Shown: piece after piece, positions 1 to 24,731 of the stretch
Layout of the letters: each line of letters starts with the position of its first letter
Numbering within the stretch: the first letter of the stretch is position 1
Assembly: GCA_039621445.1 (NCBI GenBank)
Contig: CP154954.1
Span: 25,618,954 to 25,682,953, forward strand
Source: Euglena gracilis
Lineage: Eukaryota
Reading direction: 5' to 3'
Length of the DNA stretch: 64,000 nucleotides
Program-made: the position numbers and the translations under genes
The notes under the pieces: generated by a model
Database searches by the model: none
What the model saw: only the letters and a program-made list of their open reading frames with translations
Told to the model about the DNA's origin: nothing

Positions 1-72
1 CCGCGGCCGGCGTGCCCGTACCAGGTGGGCCCGGGGGGCCGCAAGTTGCCGCAGCTGCAGTGCGGCATCTGA
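1..72 (+). CDS. Probable last coding exon of a gene entering from the left edge (PRPACPYQVGPGGRKLPQLQCGI*)
   Basis: Frame 1 is open with nearly all G/C third positions and ends in TGA at 70-72; no family recognised. Confidence 0.3.
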   Translation, partial: PRPACPYQVGPGGRKLPQLQCGI

Positions 73-559
73 GGGGGCCGACGGGCCTGGCCACCCGTCC
101 GCCCCCCCCCCCCATTGTCCCCCCTCGGGTGTCCGCCGGTGAAGCTGGAGCGAAGAGGAAGCACTCAGATCGCGGCGTCAAGTTTCAGAATGACTTATTT
201 GGGGGAGGGTCACACATTAATGAACGTTGGGTGGGCCAAGCCAGGAGAAGAGGAGTTGTGTAGGCTCCACTGCCTGGGGGGGGGGGGGTATTCACCTCTT
301 TTGTCCAAGATACCACCTGTCCTCGACATCCCACCTGTGTCAACATTACATCCATGTCATTATTAAACCAGGATTTGAATAGTGCTGAGCACTTAATGGG
401 ACATGCATGTGATGGAAGGCCGAAAAGACTAGCGTAGCAAAGTTCGCGTAATTTATAATTTACAAATTACACTGTTTCAATTTACGGTGATTTTCAGTGA
501 TTTTACGGTAATTTCTGAAATGCTAATGTTAACACCCCATACACCCCATACCCGTTTTA

Positions 560-1590
560 TAGGATTTTATCGACTTTTTTTTGACCCGTTTTTGACCCAA
601 AGTCAATGGGTTTCGGGCCTAAAACGGGGCGCTGGCGGGTCGAAAAACGCTCATTTTTGGCTCAAAAAAGACAGGTTTTCCGGGTCCGGGAGGCCAACAA
701 AACATCGTTTTGGGAAAAAAAATTTTCGATTTTTTTCGGCTATTTTGACTCGGTTTTGACCCCAAGTCAATGATGGGTTTCGGGCACAAAACGGGGGGCT
801 CTTTTTTTGGCTCAAAAACAGGTTTTCTGGGCCCGGGAGGTCAAAAAGCACCGTTTCAGGCAAAAAAAAATTCGACTTTTTTGACCTGTTTTCGACCCAA
901 AGTCAATGGGTTGGCAGCCCAAAACAGGGCGCTGGCGGGTCGAAAAATGGCTAAGTCAAAACAGGCCAAAGCTGCACAAAATGGCCAATTTATGGCTTAA
1001 CGGCTTAATTTTTTTTAATTTTTTTAATTTTTGAAACATTTTGAAAAAATCAATATTTGACCGAAAAACGGCCCAAAAAAAACACCCAAAAATGGCCGTT
1101 TTGGGCTGCAAAAGCACGCCAGAACACGGCGGCCAAAACGGCGAACGGGGGGCGATGGAGGGCCTCCGGGGGTACATTTCGTCAGACCGACATTTCCGGA
1201 TATAATGTACGTTTTCTCGAGATATTTTCGAAAAATCGATTTTTTGACCGATTTTTTTGACCCCGGCGAAATGGCAGAGTTGGAAGAGTGGGGGGGGGGG
1301 GGCGGGCCAATCCTACCCAGTTTGGACCCCTTCGCACGTGAATAGCTCGGGCCTGGCGTGGAGTTGGGGGTCAAACCCAGGTGATTCGGAAACTAGAAAT
1401 CCAGTCGCTCGTGACTGGAAAAAAAATTCCGGAACGGAGCCGGAATCATGGTGATAATCCGCCGGTTCCCAAGGTGGTCCCGACCGGGGGGGAGGGGGGG
1501 GGGTCCGACCCCCCCTTTTCCCCAGGGGTAAGCTTCGCTCTTTCTCTAAAGAGGTAAGAGCTCAGCGACCCCCCCCCACTTATAAACCCC
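560..1590. mobile_element. Non-coding interspersed repeat of about 1 kb with roughly 155-bp internal tandem units; second copy at about 6180-7860
   Basis: Unit ttgacccaaagtcaatggg...ggctcaaaaa...gggagg recurs about 3 times at 575-960; 1170-1580 aligns by eye with 7470-7850. Termini not resolved. Confidence 0.7.
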
Positions 1591-1832
1591 CCTTGCAAAC
1601 AAACCAGATCTTATAAACTCCGGGGGTTTATAGGATAGGCGCTCGGTGTTTTTCATTCATCTCAGGCGGCCGATCTCGCACTTAAAACGTATTTGTGTTC
1701 CTTTGGGCAATTTGCAGAAGAACAAAAAGGTTGTTTGGTTATTTTTTCAAGGGGTCAAGGTCCAGGTTTTTGAATTTCTGTCTGTGGATTTTCGCAACTT
1801 TCCGTGGTGAAACCAAGGGGAAAGGCCAAGAC

Positions 1833-2288
1833 CAGGGGTTTTATTAAGCCGGAGGGGGTCCTATCCCCCCCGGGGGGGGGGGGGGGGGTCCAGTCAGCCA
1901 GCAGCTCAAATCCAGCCAGCAGCCCAAATTCGGGCTGGGAGCCCACCCCGGGGGTCGAGTGAAATAAAGTTTGGTCCAGCCCGGCCAGAGGCCGGGCCAG
2001 CTGGCCGCAGGCAGGCCAGCCAAATGGCCTGCCCAATTAGGCTGTTCCTCCAGTCCCGATCCAGCCTTGAATAGCTCCATCCATCAAAATGTCGAAAATG
2101 GCAAAAAAAAATTCAGAAATTTTTGTTTTTCAACGATCCAGCCCAGCCCAGCCCAGCCCCGGACCCCCCCCCCCCCCCCCCCCCCCCCCGGGGGGGGGGG
2201 TCCAGCCAGCAGCCCATTTCCAGCCAGCAGCCTTTTTGCCAGCCGGAGGCTGGATCCCCCCCCCCCGGGGTCCTTAAGAAAACCCCTG
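1833..2288. mobile_element. hAT-type MITE, family A (TIR CAGGGGTTTT(A/C)TTAAG)
   Basis: TIRs at both ends; perfect 8-bp TSD gccaagac at 1825-1832 and 2289-2296; related copies at 35077 and 40410. Confidence 0.92.
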
Positions 2289-3349
2289 GCCAAGACTTGG
2301 TGTTTTTGGCCCTCTGAAAACTGCCGACTTGGAATACGAATACCGAATACCCCCAGAATTGACCCTGGGAAATTCACGAACTCACGCAAAACCCCTCTTA
2401 TCCTTCGCATCTCCTGTGTAGGTGGTGTTGTGGAGGCCCGGTGTCAGGTCCCTCCCTTTGGTTGCTTTTTTGATTTTCTATAAATGTGTCTTCTTTTGAG
2501 CAAAGGAATAATTCAAATGGTTCATTTGTTTGTGCAGGTGTCCCAAAATTGATTTTATTTGTTGAAGCCTTAACAGTAGGTATTTCTGAGACATGAGGAG
2601 GGGAATTACAACGTCCACAGATCGAGGTTTTTGTTCAGCATATCTGAGTTTAACATGGAAAGTGCGTCAGGGTATTGCACTATATGCCCGCCTGAACGCA
2701 GAGATTCTCAGGCAGCAAGCACATCCATTTGCAGGCAATGTGTGCCTCATTTTATTACAATAGACCAGGTGAAGGATAAATCTTTGAAATGTTTTTCATT
2801 TTGGTGTTCCAGGGGTAATAAAACAGTTTTTCACAGGCTCAATTGCCGATGCCCAAATTCAGACCCAGGAGACGGGTCTTTTGCCATATTTGATTTTCAA
2901 CAATTCAACAATGAAGAGGTAATCACAGATCCTTTATCTGAACGGACCGTTTTTGCAATTGCACAAGTGTTGTTTTGGAAAATTGTGCACAGGAGCATTC
3001 CTTTGCCAGAACCCGCAAAGAAGCCAACAATTTTTTATTAAGGCAAAATGTATGGCGTCGTGTAGGGCTCGGTCTCACCTGCCTCTATGTGTTCCAGCAA
3101 CACCCCAAGTTGATGGGGTAGCCGTTGGAAGGCTCTCAAACACAATGCTGGGCATATGTGTCCTGTATGCTGTGTATGCTGTGGGAAACCTGTGTGAGAC
3201 ACCCTAACTTTCAACATCTTTGCATTTCGTCCTTCAGTCCTGAGGCACCAGACCACATCCCGACCACATTTTACGCGTGGGTGGCATCTATTGGAACTAT
3301 CAAAAAAAGTTCTTTTGCACAATGGTGCACAGGAAGCAGCCAACTAAAC

Positions 3350-3700
3350 CCGCCCCCAAAATAAGACCCCCCCCCATAAAATGGAGCCCCCCAAAAATAA
3401 GACCCCCCCTGGCCGGTCCGAACCAAAATCCATAAAATGGACCCCCATAAATAAGACCCCCCTTGCCGGCGCGAAGCGCCGGTTTTTTGAAAAATGGGAC
3501 ATTTTTGGGGGGATAAATCTGTCATTTTGGGATAGTTTTCACACAATTCAGCATATTTTCCCTTATTTGTCTGGCCCGAAGCGCCAAATTTTTCGAAAAT
3601 TGGTATCATGAGGGGCATTTTTGGACTTTTTTGGGGGTCGAAAAGTTTTCCAGCAAAAATCCATATTCGGACCCCCCCCATGACCCCCCCCTTGTGCTTT
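3350..3700. mobile_element. MITE-like repeat with aaaataagaccccc subrepeats; related sequence at about 31500-31620
   Basis: Repeated ccccaaaataagacccccc motifs; the same motif occurs in both orientations at 31510-31600. Confidence 0.55.
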
Positions 3701-3827
3701 CACAGAAACCGACCCATGAAATGGACCCCCGGGGGGTTAGTGTGAGCTCGGCCGCTCATTTGGAGTACCGTATTCGACACACCTTTGCATTCTGTCTTTA
3801 ACACCCCCCGTGTCAACGAAAACATGC

Positions 3828-6800
3828 ATGCCGGAACGTTGGCATGTCCGGGACAAAATGCAACTGAACGCAGGGGCTCCGGTTTGGCCCAGTCCACCAC
3901 CGCCCGATTCTCTCCAGGTTTTGCCGGAGGCCCAAGCCCCGCCCTGGTGCTGGCCCTTCGTCTGGGGGTGGCGGCCAACCGTCGATCCCCCCAAAAACCC
4001 GCCATTCGGCGGACGGGTGCCCCCCCCCATCTGGCTTGCTCCGCTGCCGTCTCCGCCCGTCCTCCGCCGCTCCGACTCACCCGCGTCGCCTCCCCTCCCC
4101 TCCCCCCCGTCCCGCGCCGCACACCGCAGTGGGGACAGCGAACCGTCGGCGACGGGCAGAGAGGAGGACGCCCTGGCCGGTTCGAGGCTCCTGTGCAGGC
4201 AGCCAGTGAATCCAGTGGCCCGGGACAACAATCCCGCCGACGGCCCTCCTCACCGTCAGGGAGCAAATGGCCCTCCTTTTGGAGATTTACAAAACATCAC
4301 TCTGAGTTGGGTTTTTTTTTATCGTATTCGGAGAAACTGCCGTTTGTGTGGCGTTTGAAAGCAAATGAGTTCTGTGAAAGATTTTTTTTATCGAAAGCCA
4401 AAAAATTTCAGTTGTGCTGTCGATACTAATATGCTGTACAAAGTGAAATCAAACGAAGTAAAACAAAAAAAATTGTTGCTTTCGTATTTGAAGGAGGAGG
4501 GCACCGCTGCCCTCGTGTCGCTCGTCCCTCGTGGGCTCCGGAGCATCCCCCCCTTCCAATTCAAGTCGGGGGTATGAAGACTATCCTCCACCGGTAGTAT
4601 CTGTATCGGTTATCCAATGTGGTGGTCTTCGCAAAAGAACAATTTCCGATAATTTTGGAAAAACCCCAAAGTTTCAAAGTCAAAAAGACGCATTTAGCCG
4701 ATTTTGCGGGCACTTATTTAGGGCCAGGTCGTTGCCAACAGTTCTACTGTGCATGTGGGTGGGTCACATAGGAATCTCATCGGGATGGAGCCCAACGCTG
4801 GACTGTTCGTTGTGAAGTTCTCCTTTCCTCTTCCCTCAAGCCGGAGTCATATTTGGCTCCGTCGCATTGTGGCCACACGTGCATCAAACCATAAATCATG
4901 TCGGGAAGGCGTTCAAAATACCTCCAAGGAGAGCCTTATTTTGGATTTATCAACCTGGCCAAGAAACCATCATTTTTGAGGTGTTCCCAATAACATAAAA
5001 AAACCTTTCGGTGCTTTGCACTGTTCATAAATTGGTCTGATACGAGGTTCCATGTGATTGTTGTTCCGAAGAATTCCGAAGTATCAACGATCTCATCATT
5101 GTTGTCCTTGAGAATTGGGGTTTGGGGTATTTTTCAGCTTTTTTTTTTTCGCCGTGAAGCGCCGTCGGGCGGTCTTCAATTTGTTTGGGAAGGTAAATAC
5201 CTTGTCCCTAATGACGAAGAGCAACGATGGAGAGGTATGGCACCATTAAGGACCAGAAAGCAATACATTATTTTATTTCCAAAATAGGAATCACACAGTC
5301 AGAAAGTCGATGGAAATTGCCATTCAGATACAGCCGCACACTCTTTTTGCACACAGAGCGTAGTATCCCTCCTGGAAATGAAACAGTGCATTTTTTTTTG
5401 TTACTGTCGGGGAAGGTCTTGTCCGGTCCTTGAATCAATGAGATACAAGGACATTTGCAATGGCAGGAGATCTGGTGGAAATTGGTTTCAGTAAAGTGCA
5501 CGTTGTTAAAAGCATTTTATAACTCCCCCCCAAATATAATCCCCCCCCCCAAAATACTACCCTCCCTCGGGCTGACCCCCCCAATAATACCCCCCTCGGG
5601 CCGGGACTTCGGGCGAAAAAATGATACCCTAGCGGGGTATTATTTGGGGGGGTTTACTCTCTTTGGAAAATAATCTAACTCTCCAATAGGGATTTCAGGG
5701 GCATTCCGGTTCATCTCTCACTCGAGTTAAAGAAACTCCAATGAGAGTTTATTAATAAAAAAATTAATAAACTCTTTTATAGTTCCTATTTTTGTTCACT
5801 ATGACATCCACCATTCTGACACCATGAAACGGGTCCAGCAGGGTGTATGGGGTTCTTGTTTTGTGAATTAAAGCAAAGGCGTGACAGCAAGTTGTTCGTG
5901 CTCCGGCAAGTTGTTTCAAACATCTATTATCGGCCATCACCTCTCAAAATATTAGTTCTGCCCTTACCTTTCCGGGGTTGGCAACCTTCCATCCAAGTGG
6001 TCTCACAGCCAGGGTATTAAGTGAAGGGAGGAGGGGAGAATGGGGTCAGACCCCCCCAGGGTGGGTCCAGACCCCTCCTCCCCACCTTCAAACCGAGGGG
6101 GACCTGGACCCCTCTGGGGACCAGATCCCCATGAAAAATCTAAGGCGCTTTGCACCGTAGTGACGGCGTAAACTGACTTGTTGACCCGTTTTTGACACAA
6201 AATACACGGGTTTCAGGCCCAAAACGGGGAGCTGGGGGGGGTCGAAAATTACTCATCTTCGGCTCAAAAATAATTTTTACGGGTTCAGGAGGCCCAGATG
6301 CATTGTTTGGGGCAAAAAAAAAATCGATTTTTTCGACTTTTTTTGACCCAGAAATGGCCCAAAATCCTTGGGGCCCGGGGGTCGAAAACCGCTTTTCGGC
6401 TCGAAAACAGTGTTTCCCAGTCAGGCTGTATTTTAGTTGGGTGCCAACCCCACCCCAGGGAGGGGAGGGGGTGCTTGCCTGGGCAGGCACCCCAAGCAGG
6501 GTTCGGTATAAGGAGGGCGTACATGGTTTAGGTGGGGGGGGTCCCCCCCACCTCCCCCCACTCCTGGCCCGCAGGGGGGTCCGGACCCCCCCCCCACCTG
6601 CAAGGGGGTCCGGACCGACCCTGGGGGGGTACCCAGGACCCCAAAAAGGGTCGATTTTTTCCTCCGGCGCTTCGCGCCGAAAATTTTTTGCATTTTTGGC
6701 AAATTTTTGCCCAAAAAGTGCCCAAAATGGCACTTTTGGTCATTTTGGGGGGTCAAAAATTTTCGGTCACCCGGACTGCGCCACTGTTTAGGTCGGGGGG

Positions 6801-9740
6801 GTGTCCCCCCACTCCTGGCCCGCAGGGGGGGGTCCCGACCACCCCCCCCTCCTCTCCTTATATCGAACCCTGACCCCAAGGCACTCCAAATCCGACCCCC
6901 GGGATGGGGGGGCGCACCGCCAAAAGTGCCCTAGCACAACACCGGGGAGCCAAAAATGGCCTATTTTCAAAGGAATGTGCCTGGTCACAGGCCGAAATGC
7001 GACTCCCCCGATTTTTTTCGACTTTTTTGACCTGAAAATGGCCGAAAACTGCCCAGTCAAAACAGGCCAAAATCGTGCAAAATAGCCAAAATGGGCCGAA
7101 AAATGGCCGTGGCTTGGGCGAGGTGGGGAGGGAGTGCGGGGAAATAAAAAAAAATGTGAAAATAGGGAAATTTAAGGGATTCAATTCAGGATTTTTCATT
7201 TCATTCCCCACCATTTTGTGAAATCTCAGAAAAATCTTTTTTTTTTTGACCCCAAAAACAGTCCAAAGGGCTCCAGAAAGGTGCCAAAAATGGCCGAAAA
7301 ATGGCCATAACTCGGGCTACACGAAGAGTCGGGGGGAAATTTAAGCATGGATTGGGCGTTCCAAGGGCTTCAATTTTGCTTTCTGTTTTGGGCCACAAAA
7401 GCGCGCCGGAACACGGGCCAGACGGTAAGGCAGCCGAAACGGTGAATGGTGTCGATAGAGGCACTCCAGGTGAACATTTCGTTAGACCAACATTTCCGGA
7501 CGTTTTCTCGAGATATTTTCGAAAAAATCGATTTTTTGACCGAAAATCACCTCGGTGAAATGGTCGGAAGGGGAGCGGGCCAATCCTACCCAGTTTGGGC
7601 CCCTTTGCGGCTGAATGACTCGGGCCTCGCAGGGAGCTGGGGGTCAAATGGAGGTGATTTGGAAACTAGAAATCCAGTCACTCGCGACTGGAAAAAAAGA
7701 ATAACAGGAATGGAGTCATGGTGATTATCCGCCGTTCCTGAGGTCGCCCCGACCTGGGGGGGGACGGGGGGTTCGACCCCCCCCCCCTTTGCCCAGGGGT
7801 AAGCTTCGCTCTTACCCATAAAGGGATAAGGGTTCTTAGACCCCACACTTAAGTGTGGGAGCTCCACTTTGTACCATGTGTGGGCCAACGACTACCCCAA
7901 TCGCTGCCTCCCACCCGACTTTGGAACTGAGAAACTCGGGGTTTCTGATGCAGTGCCTCCCAGGGGCTCTGTGTCAGCGTTGCACGTGTGTTCTGGTTGG
8001 AGTGCCCTCCCTCCTCGGTACCCGGGCGATCGTGTCTGCACATGTGGCTCGCCGGACACAGGGTGCGACCCCCTCCGGGGCCCCAACCCAGCCCTAACCT
8101 CCCCACCCATCTGCGCTGGCATGCCCTGCCAACCGCATGCCTCCCCCTGCAGTCCTCTTCAGTCTTCAGTGTGGTCTTCATCCTCAGAGATGAAGGAAGA
8201 CCGGCTTGGAAAGCACACATTTCTTCAAGGTTTGCAGATCCCGATTTGGTCCACCCCAGCCGCAACAGTACCCTCCCGGGGGAGGGGTTGCTGCTGACCC
8301 ATAAATCCAGCTCTTTGGGGGTCCAGCTGGACTTGTTTTGCAAAAGTGCAGGTCAAAAATCGCCATAAAAATGGTGTTCTGGGAGTTTTTGATGATGTCA
8401 CGTGCTTGATTAATTTTTTTGAAAACAATGTTTGGTGGCTGCTTTTTTGTACCATTCTGGCTTCTTTTGTACCATTCTGGCCCAGCAACCCCCCCCCCCG
8501 GGGCCTTGCGGACATGAATGGTGGGTACCCCTGCATCGCAGGACCGTGAGCCAACCATGTGCTCCGCCCTCCTCTCCCACCTCTCCTCGTCTGCTGGGCC
8601 TCGGCATTCCCCTCAATATATCTAAACCGAGGCGGCAAGTGTATAACCCCCTTATACCCAGGGCTGAACGAAACCCCAGAAGCCCATAGGTGGAGGGGAC
8701 AGACTATTGTTCAACGTGTATTGTGAAAAAGTGTAATATGTGTTTCAGCACAAAAATATTTGTGTATCAATTGTGTATCACCAGAAAACGAGTGTCACAT
8801 GTCACCGAAAAGGCATTGTTTATTCCATGGGTCCACAAAAATAATGCAAAGAAGAATAGTCACTGAAGTTGAACATGTTGAGAAATTTTTCTTCGGTGTG
8901 CTTCCCCAATTTGTGTTCCTACTTTTCCTCTAACGCAAACCTTCCATAGCCTTGATCACTTGATCAATTTGTGGCATGAGGGATTGTGTTCCTCCCCGGT
9001 CTGCCGCAACAGCAAGGCCAGATTCCCCCTTCCAACCCCTCCCAAAGAAAGGCCGCACAACCCCCCTCCCCCGATCCAATTGAACAGAAAAACAAAGTAA
9101 GGCCCTCACATTTGAAACCGTTTTCGATGTAAGTAAGGTGTGTCCCTCCCCTCCCTGCCCCATCGTGGTGGACCGACCGGACCGGACCCCCCCCCCTCCT
9201 GAATCGGAGGTGGGGTCCGGACTGACCCTGGGGGGGGGGGGGGCAAGGCACCCCCCAATATCAATTTTTTCTCTTCACACTGGCCGCCAAAAATTTTGGG
9301 CATGTGGCACATTTTTGCCCCAAAAAAGCTGACACGTTTGGCTGATCTTGGGGGGGGGGGGGATTTTCGGCTTGGTGATTTGCGCCAGGCTGAAATTTGG
9401 CCACCTGGACTGTGCCACTGAGGAGGCATGTATACCCAACCCTGAGTTGTCGAACATCCCTGCATTGATGTCTGGGGGGGGGCTCACCCCCCTTTTTTTA
9501 TCTGGGAGCACGGAGCCTTGTGTTGCAGCTTCCTTTTGTCCATGCGGCATTGCTGTTCTTCCCCCTGTCGACCTCCCTCTGCCCCAGTACGCGCCATTCA
9601 GCTCTGCCGATACTTCCGGTGGCAAAGCAAAGCGGCACGGTCGGGTTGGATTTTCCCGGCCCCCGTCATCTGCCGGTGACTGGGATTCCCCAAATCGTGT
9701 GGCATGGAGGGAGAAAACCGTGGTGCTGTCCTGGGAATGA
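3828..9740 (+). CDS. Putative multi-exon gene of unknown function, structure only partly resolved
   Basis: Exon-like GC-rich blocks at about 3830-4016, 4130-4238, 4508-4593, 4722-4800 and 9588-9740. Pyrimidine tract + CAG acceptors near 4129 and 9587; paired intron ends gccctcctc (about 4242) / gaggagggc (about 4494). Reading frames ambiguous. Confidence 0.3.
5522..5654. mobile_element. Small palindromic MITE flanked by TA
   Basis: cccccaaatataatcccc ... ggggtattatttgggggg inverted ends with TA on both sides. Confidence 0.55.
6180..7860. mobile_element. Second copy of the 560-1590 repeat, interrupted by nested MITEs (about 6422-6990)
   Basis: Similarity to 580-740 and 1100-1580; nested family D-like sequence starts caggctgtattttag at 6422. 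Confidence 0.65.
6497..6872. mobile_element. hAT-type MITE, family B (TIR CAGGGTTCG(G/A)TATAAGGAG)
   Basis: Perfect TSD accccaag at 6489-6496 and 6873-6880; near-identical copies at 15966 and about 55465. Confidence 0.93.
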
Positions 9741-10982
9741 CGAGGAAGTGTGAGGCGCAGTTTTGCCCTGCCAGCCGAAAATGTCAACGAATGATACATA
9801 TGACGGATTTTGTGTGTGTGTTTTTTTTAAAAAAAAAATGCCGCGACCCCTCATTTTTTTTGGTGTTTTGTTCTGCTTCACATCCAATTCAGAGGCCGCT
9901 ACTGCCCTCCACCCAAAGGTTGGTTGTTTCCCTGCTTTACCTTCAACCATTGCCCGGGACAAACCCCTGTGTGCCCTGGGGGAGGTATTTATCATTGACT
10001 CATTTTTTATCCAGTATTGTGTGAGGTTGTGTGATACTGATGGAAGTGGGTGGTAAATATGAGGGGAAATGGGTCATACCGGCGAGGAAGACGGGCCAAA
10101 GGATAGTCCAGTAACCGGACCCTGCCAGGGTATTTGGCAGGGGTCATTTCAATGAAGTGGTCGGTGCATTTGCGCTTTTCCATTCTGGGAGTATATTTTG
10201 CTGTTTGTGTATTCCTTGAAACCGGTGTTTTCCAATCTGTGCAAAGGCCTTTGATGCCCCCCGGCCACATTGGCGACTCTTTCTTAGCTTTAATTTGTCC
10301 AAGAATCCCGGCCAACGCTTCCATATCAGAGCCCAGCCATAACCTTTTCGGTGCACTGCACCCCTTCGGTAACAGTGCTCCTGTATTTTACGGTTTACGG
10401 ATGGCGTTCTTCCTGCTGCGTGCCTCCTCGTGGCAGCGTATCCGCCTCATCTGGTTAGCCCACCCTTGTCCGCACATTTCCCATGTCAAGCACATTTCGG
10501 GAAAATCGTTATTCTTTCAGAAAGCTCTGCAGAAACTTTATAATTGCCTTTGGGAAGCAGATTACTGATCCTGTTTGTCATGCCCACCGCATTCAATGCC
10601 ATTTCTCTCAAATTTGATTTTTTGGCCAAATTTGATTTTTTTTTGGCTCCAAGCATGGCCCAAATTTCGCCAAGGTGTGAAGCATAGTTGTAGGATCTTG
10701 ACCCCCAAATTGTTTATGACGCATTTCTCAGAAGTTAGATCAAAAATCTTCCGTCGGGCATCTCACATTTTCAATCGTTGTGCAGCTGTTCAGATGTGAT
10801 GTCTGAGCTGTTCCCAATTACGATAAAACCTGGTGGATGTATTTACCTCCTTTAAACAAGGCACACTAAGTCATTGACACGTCAACAGCAAAAAGCTTGG
10901 ACATCACCCCCCCCCCATATCTGACGAACCTCCCTTTGTCTAACGGCCAACCCCCTACAGTCGAAGGACACAATTTCGGAGG

Positions 10983-11251
10983 CAGGCTGTTTTTTAAGGT
11001 GGTGCCGACCCCACTCCAGGGGTGCTTGGGCAGGTACTCCAAGGCACAAAAATCCGACCCACTTGGAGGGGGGTAGGGCACACGGCCAAAAGTGCCCTAG
11101 CACAACCCTGGCGCCGGGGAGCCCAAAATGGCCTATTTTCAAAGGAATGTGCCTGGGCACAGGCCGAAATCCAACCCCCGGGGGGGGGGGGGGGTAGTGC
11201 CTGCCTGGGCAGGCACTCCGGACCCCTCGGGGTTGGTAAAAAAACGGCCTG
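10983..11251. mobile_element. hAT-type MITE, family D (TIR CAGGC(T/C)GTTTTTT)
   Basis: Perfect TSD ttcggagg at 10975-10982 and 11252-11259. Confidence 0.92.
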
Positions 11252-11648
11252 TTCGGAGGTTTGGCCATATTTTTGCCTTGGCATTTCAAAGGGCTGAAAA
11301 TTTTCGCTCCCCAAAATCAGCTCAAAAATACCATTTTGAATATTTTCGGAGCAGAAATTTGTCAAAAATGCCAACAATTTCTGGCACAAAGTGCCGAAAG
11401 AACCCCCCCCAAGTTTGCGGATTTTTTAGACCCTAATGACCGACCCCCCAGTCGGGGGACACCTTTTTGGTCAGAGCCCTGTGTCCAACGACCCCCTCAG
11501 ATCAGAAGGCAGAGATAACCGGGTACCATGTCTTGGACAATGGGGGGGAGCAGTTGGCCGGCAGAAAAGCAGGCGCGAGCCAGCAGAGTTTGTGGAGCAC
11601 ATTGTTTTTAGAATGGCCGCAAGAAAGGGGGTTCTTCAGAAAGGGGGT

Positions 11649-24150
<12,502 letters not shown>

Positions 24151-24731
24151 CCAATGAGGGCTTCACTCTGGCTGAAAAGCCCCCCCCCCCCCAGCACCCC
24201 AATGCCAACCCCCCCCCTAAATGACGCCCCCGTATGCGGTTACCCCCCTCCCAGATTGTGAATTTTTTTTGGAGCTGGTAACCCAACCGAGGGATTTTGC
24301 TTTTCCCCTTCAATGACAATCTTTGGTGGGTTTTGGGGTGTCGGGGGGATTTGGGGTGCCTTTTAAGGGGGGAGGGCAAGCATCTATGAAATGACTGGGT
24401 GACTGGGCGTGACTGGGTCTGGGACTCTGGATGACCATTGGCACCTCCCCCCCTCCATGCCTAATGAACGCCCTTGCCCAATGAACAGGGGGTGTTCGGA
24501 CCGTCAAGATTCTCATCATATACCTTATACCCCCGTTCAGACCGTGTAGATTGTCACCTTTGAGTTCATTGGGCTTGGGGGGGGGGCGGTAGTTGGCGGC
24601 GGGGGGTACAGGCAGCAGCCCGCTGGCCCAATGGCCCCCCCACCCACCCCTCTCCCGGAACGAGCGACGCGTCTCCCGCCACCTCCTGCTACGCCGCGGC
24701 CCATACCGGGGCCGTCCCGGCCGACGGCGGC

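Noticed and set aside
2631-3041. 136-aa ORF and similar AT-richer coding-like stretches (34.0-34.3, 41.1-41.4, 46.3-47.3, 53.0-53.6 kb)
   Set aside because: No GC3 bias, no recognisable motif or splice signal; possibly decayed TE coding sequence but unsupported without a search.
6140-6879. Recurrent 150-250 aa Gly/Pro-rich ORFs (also near 15.7 and 55.5 kb)
   Set aside because: Stop-poor frames across non-coding family B MITEs; open on both strands with no protein motifs.
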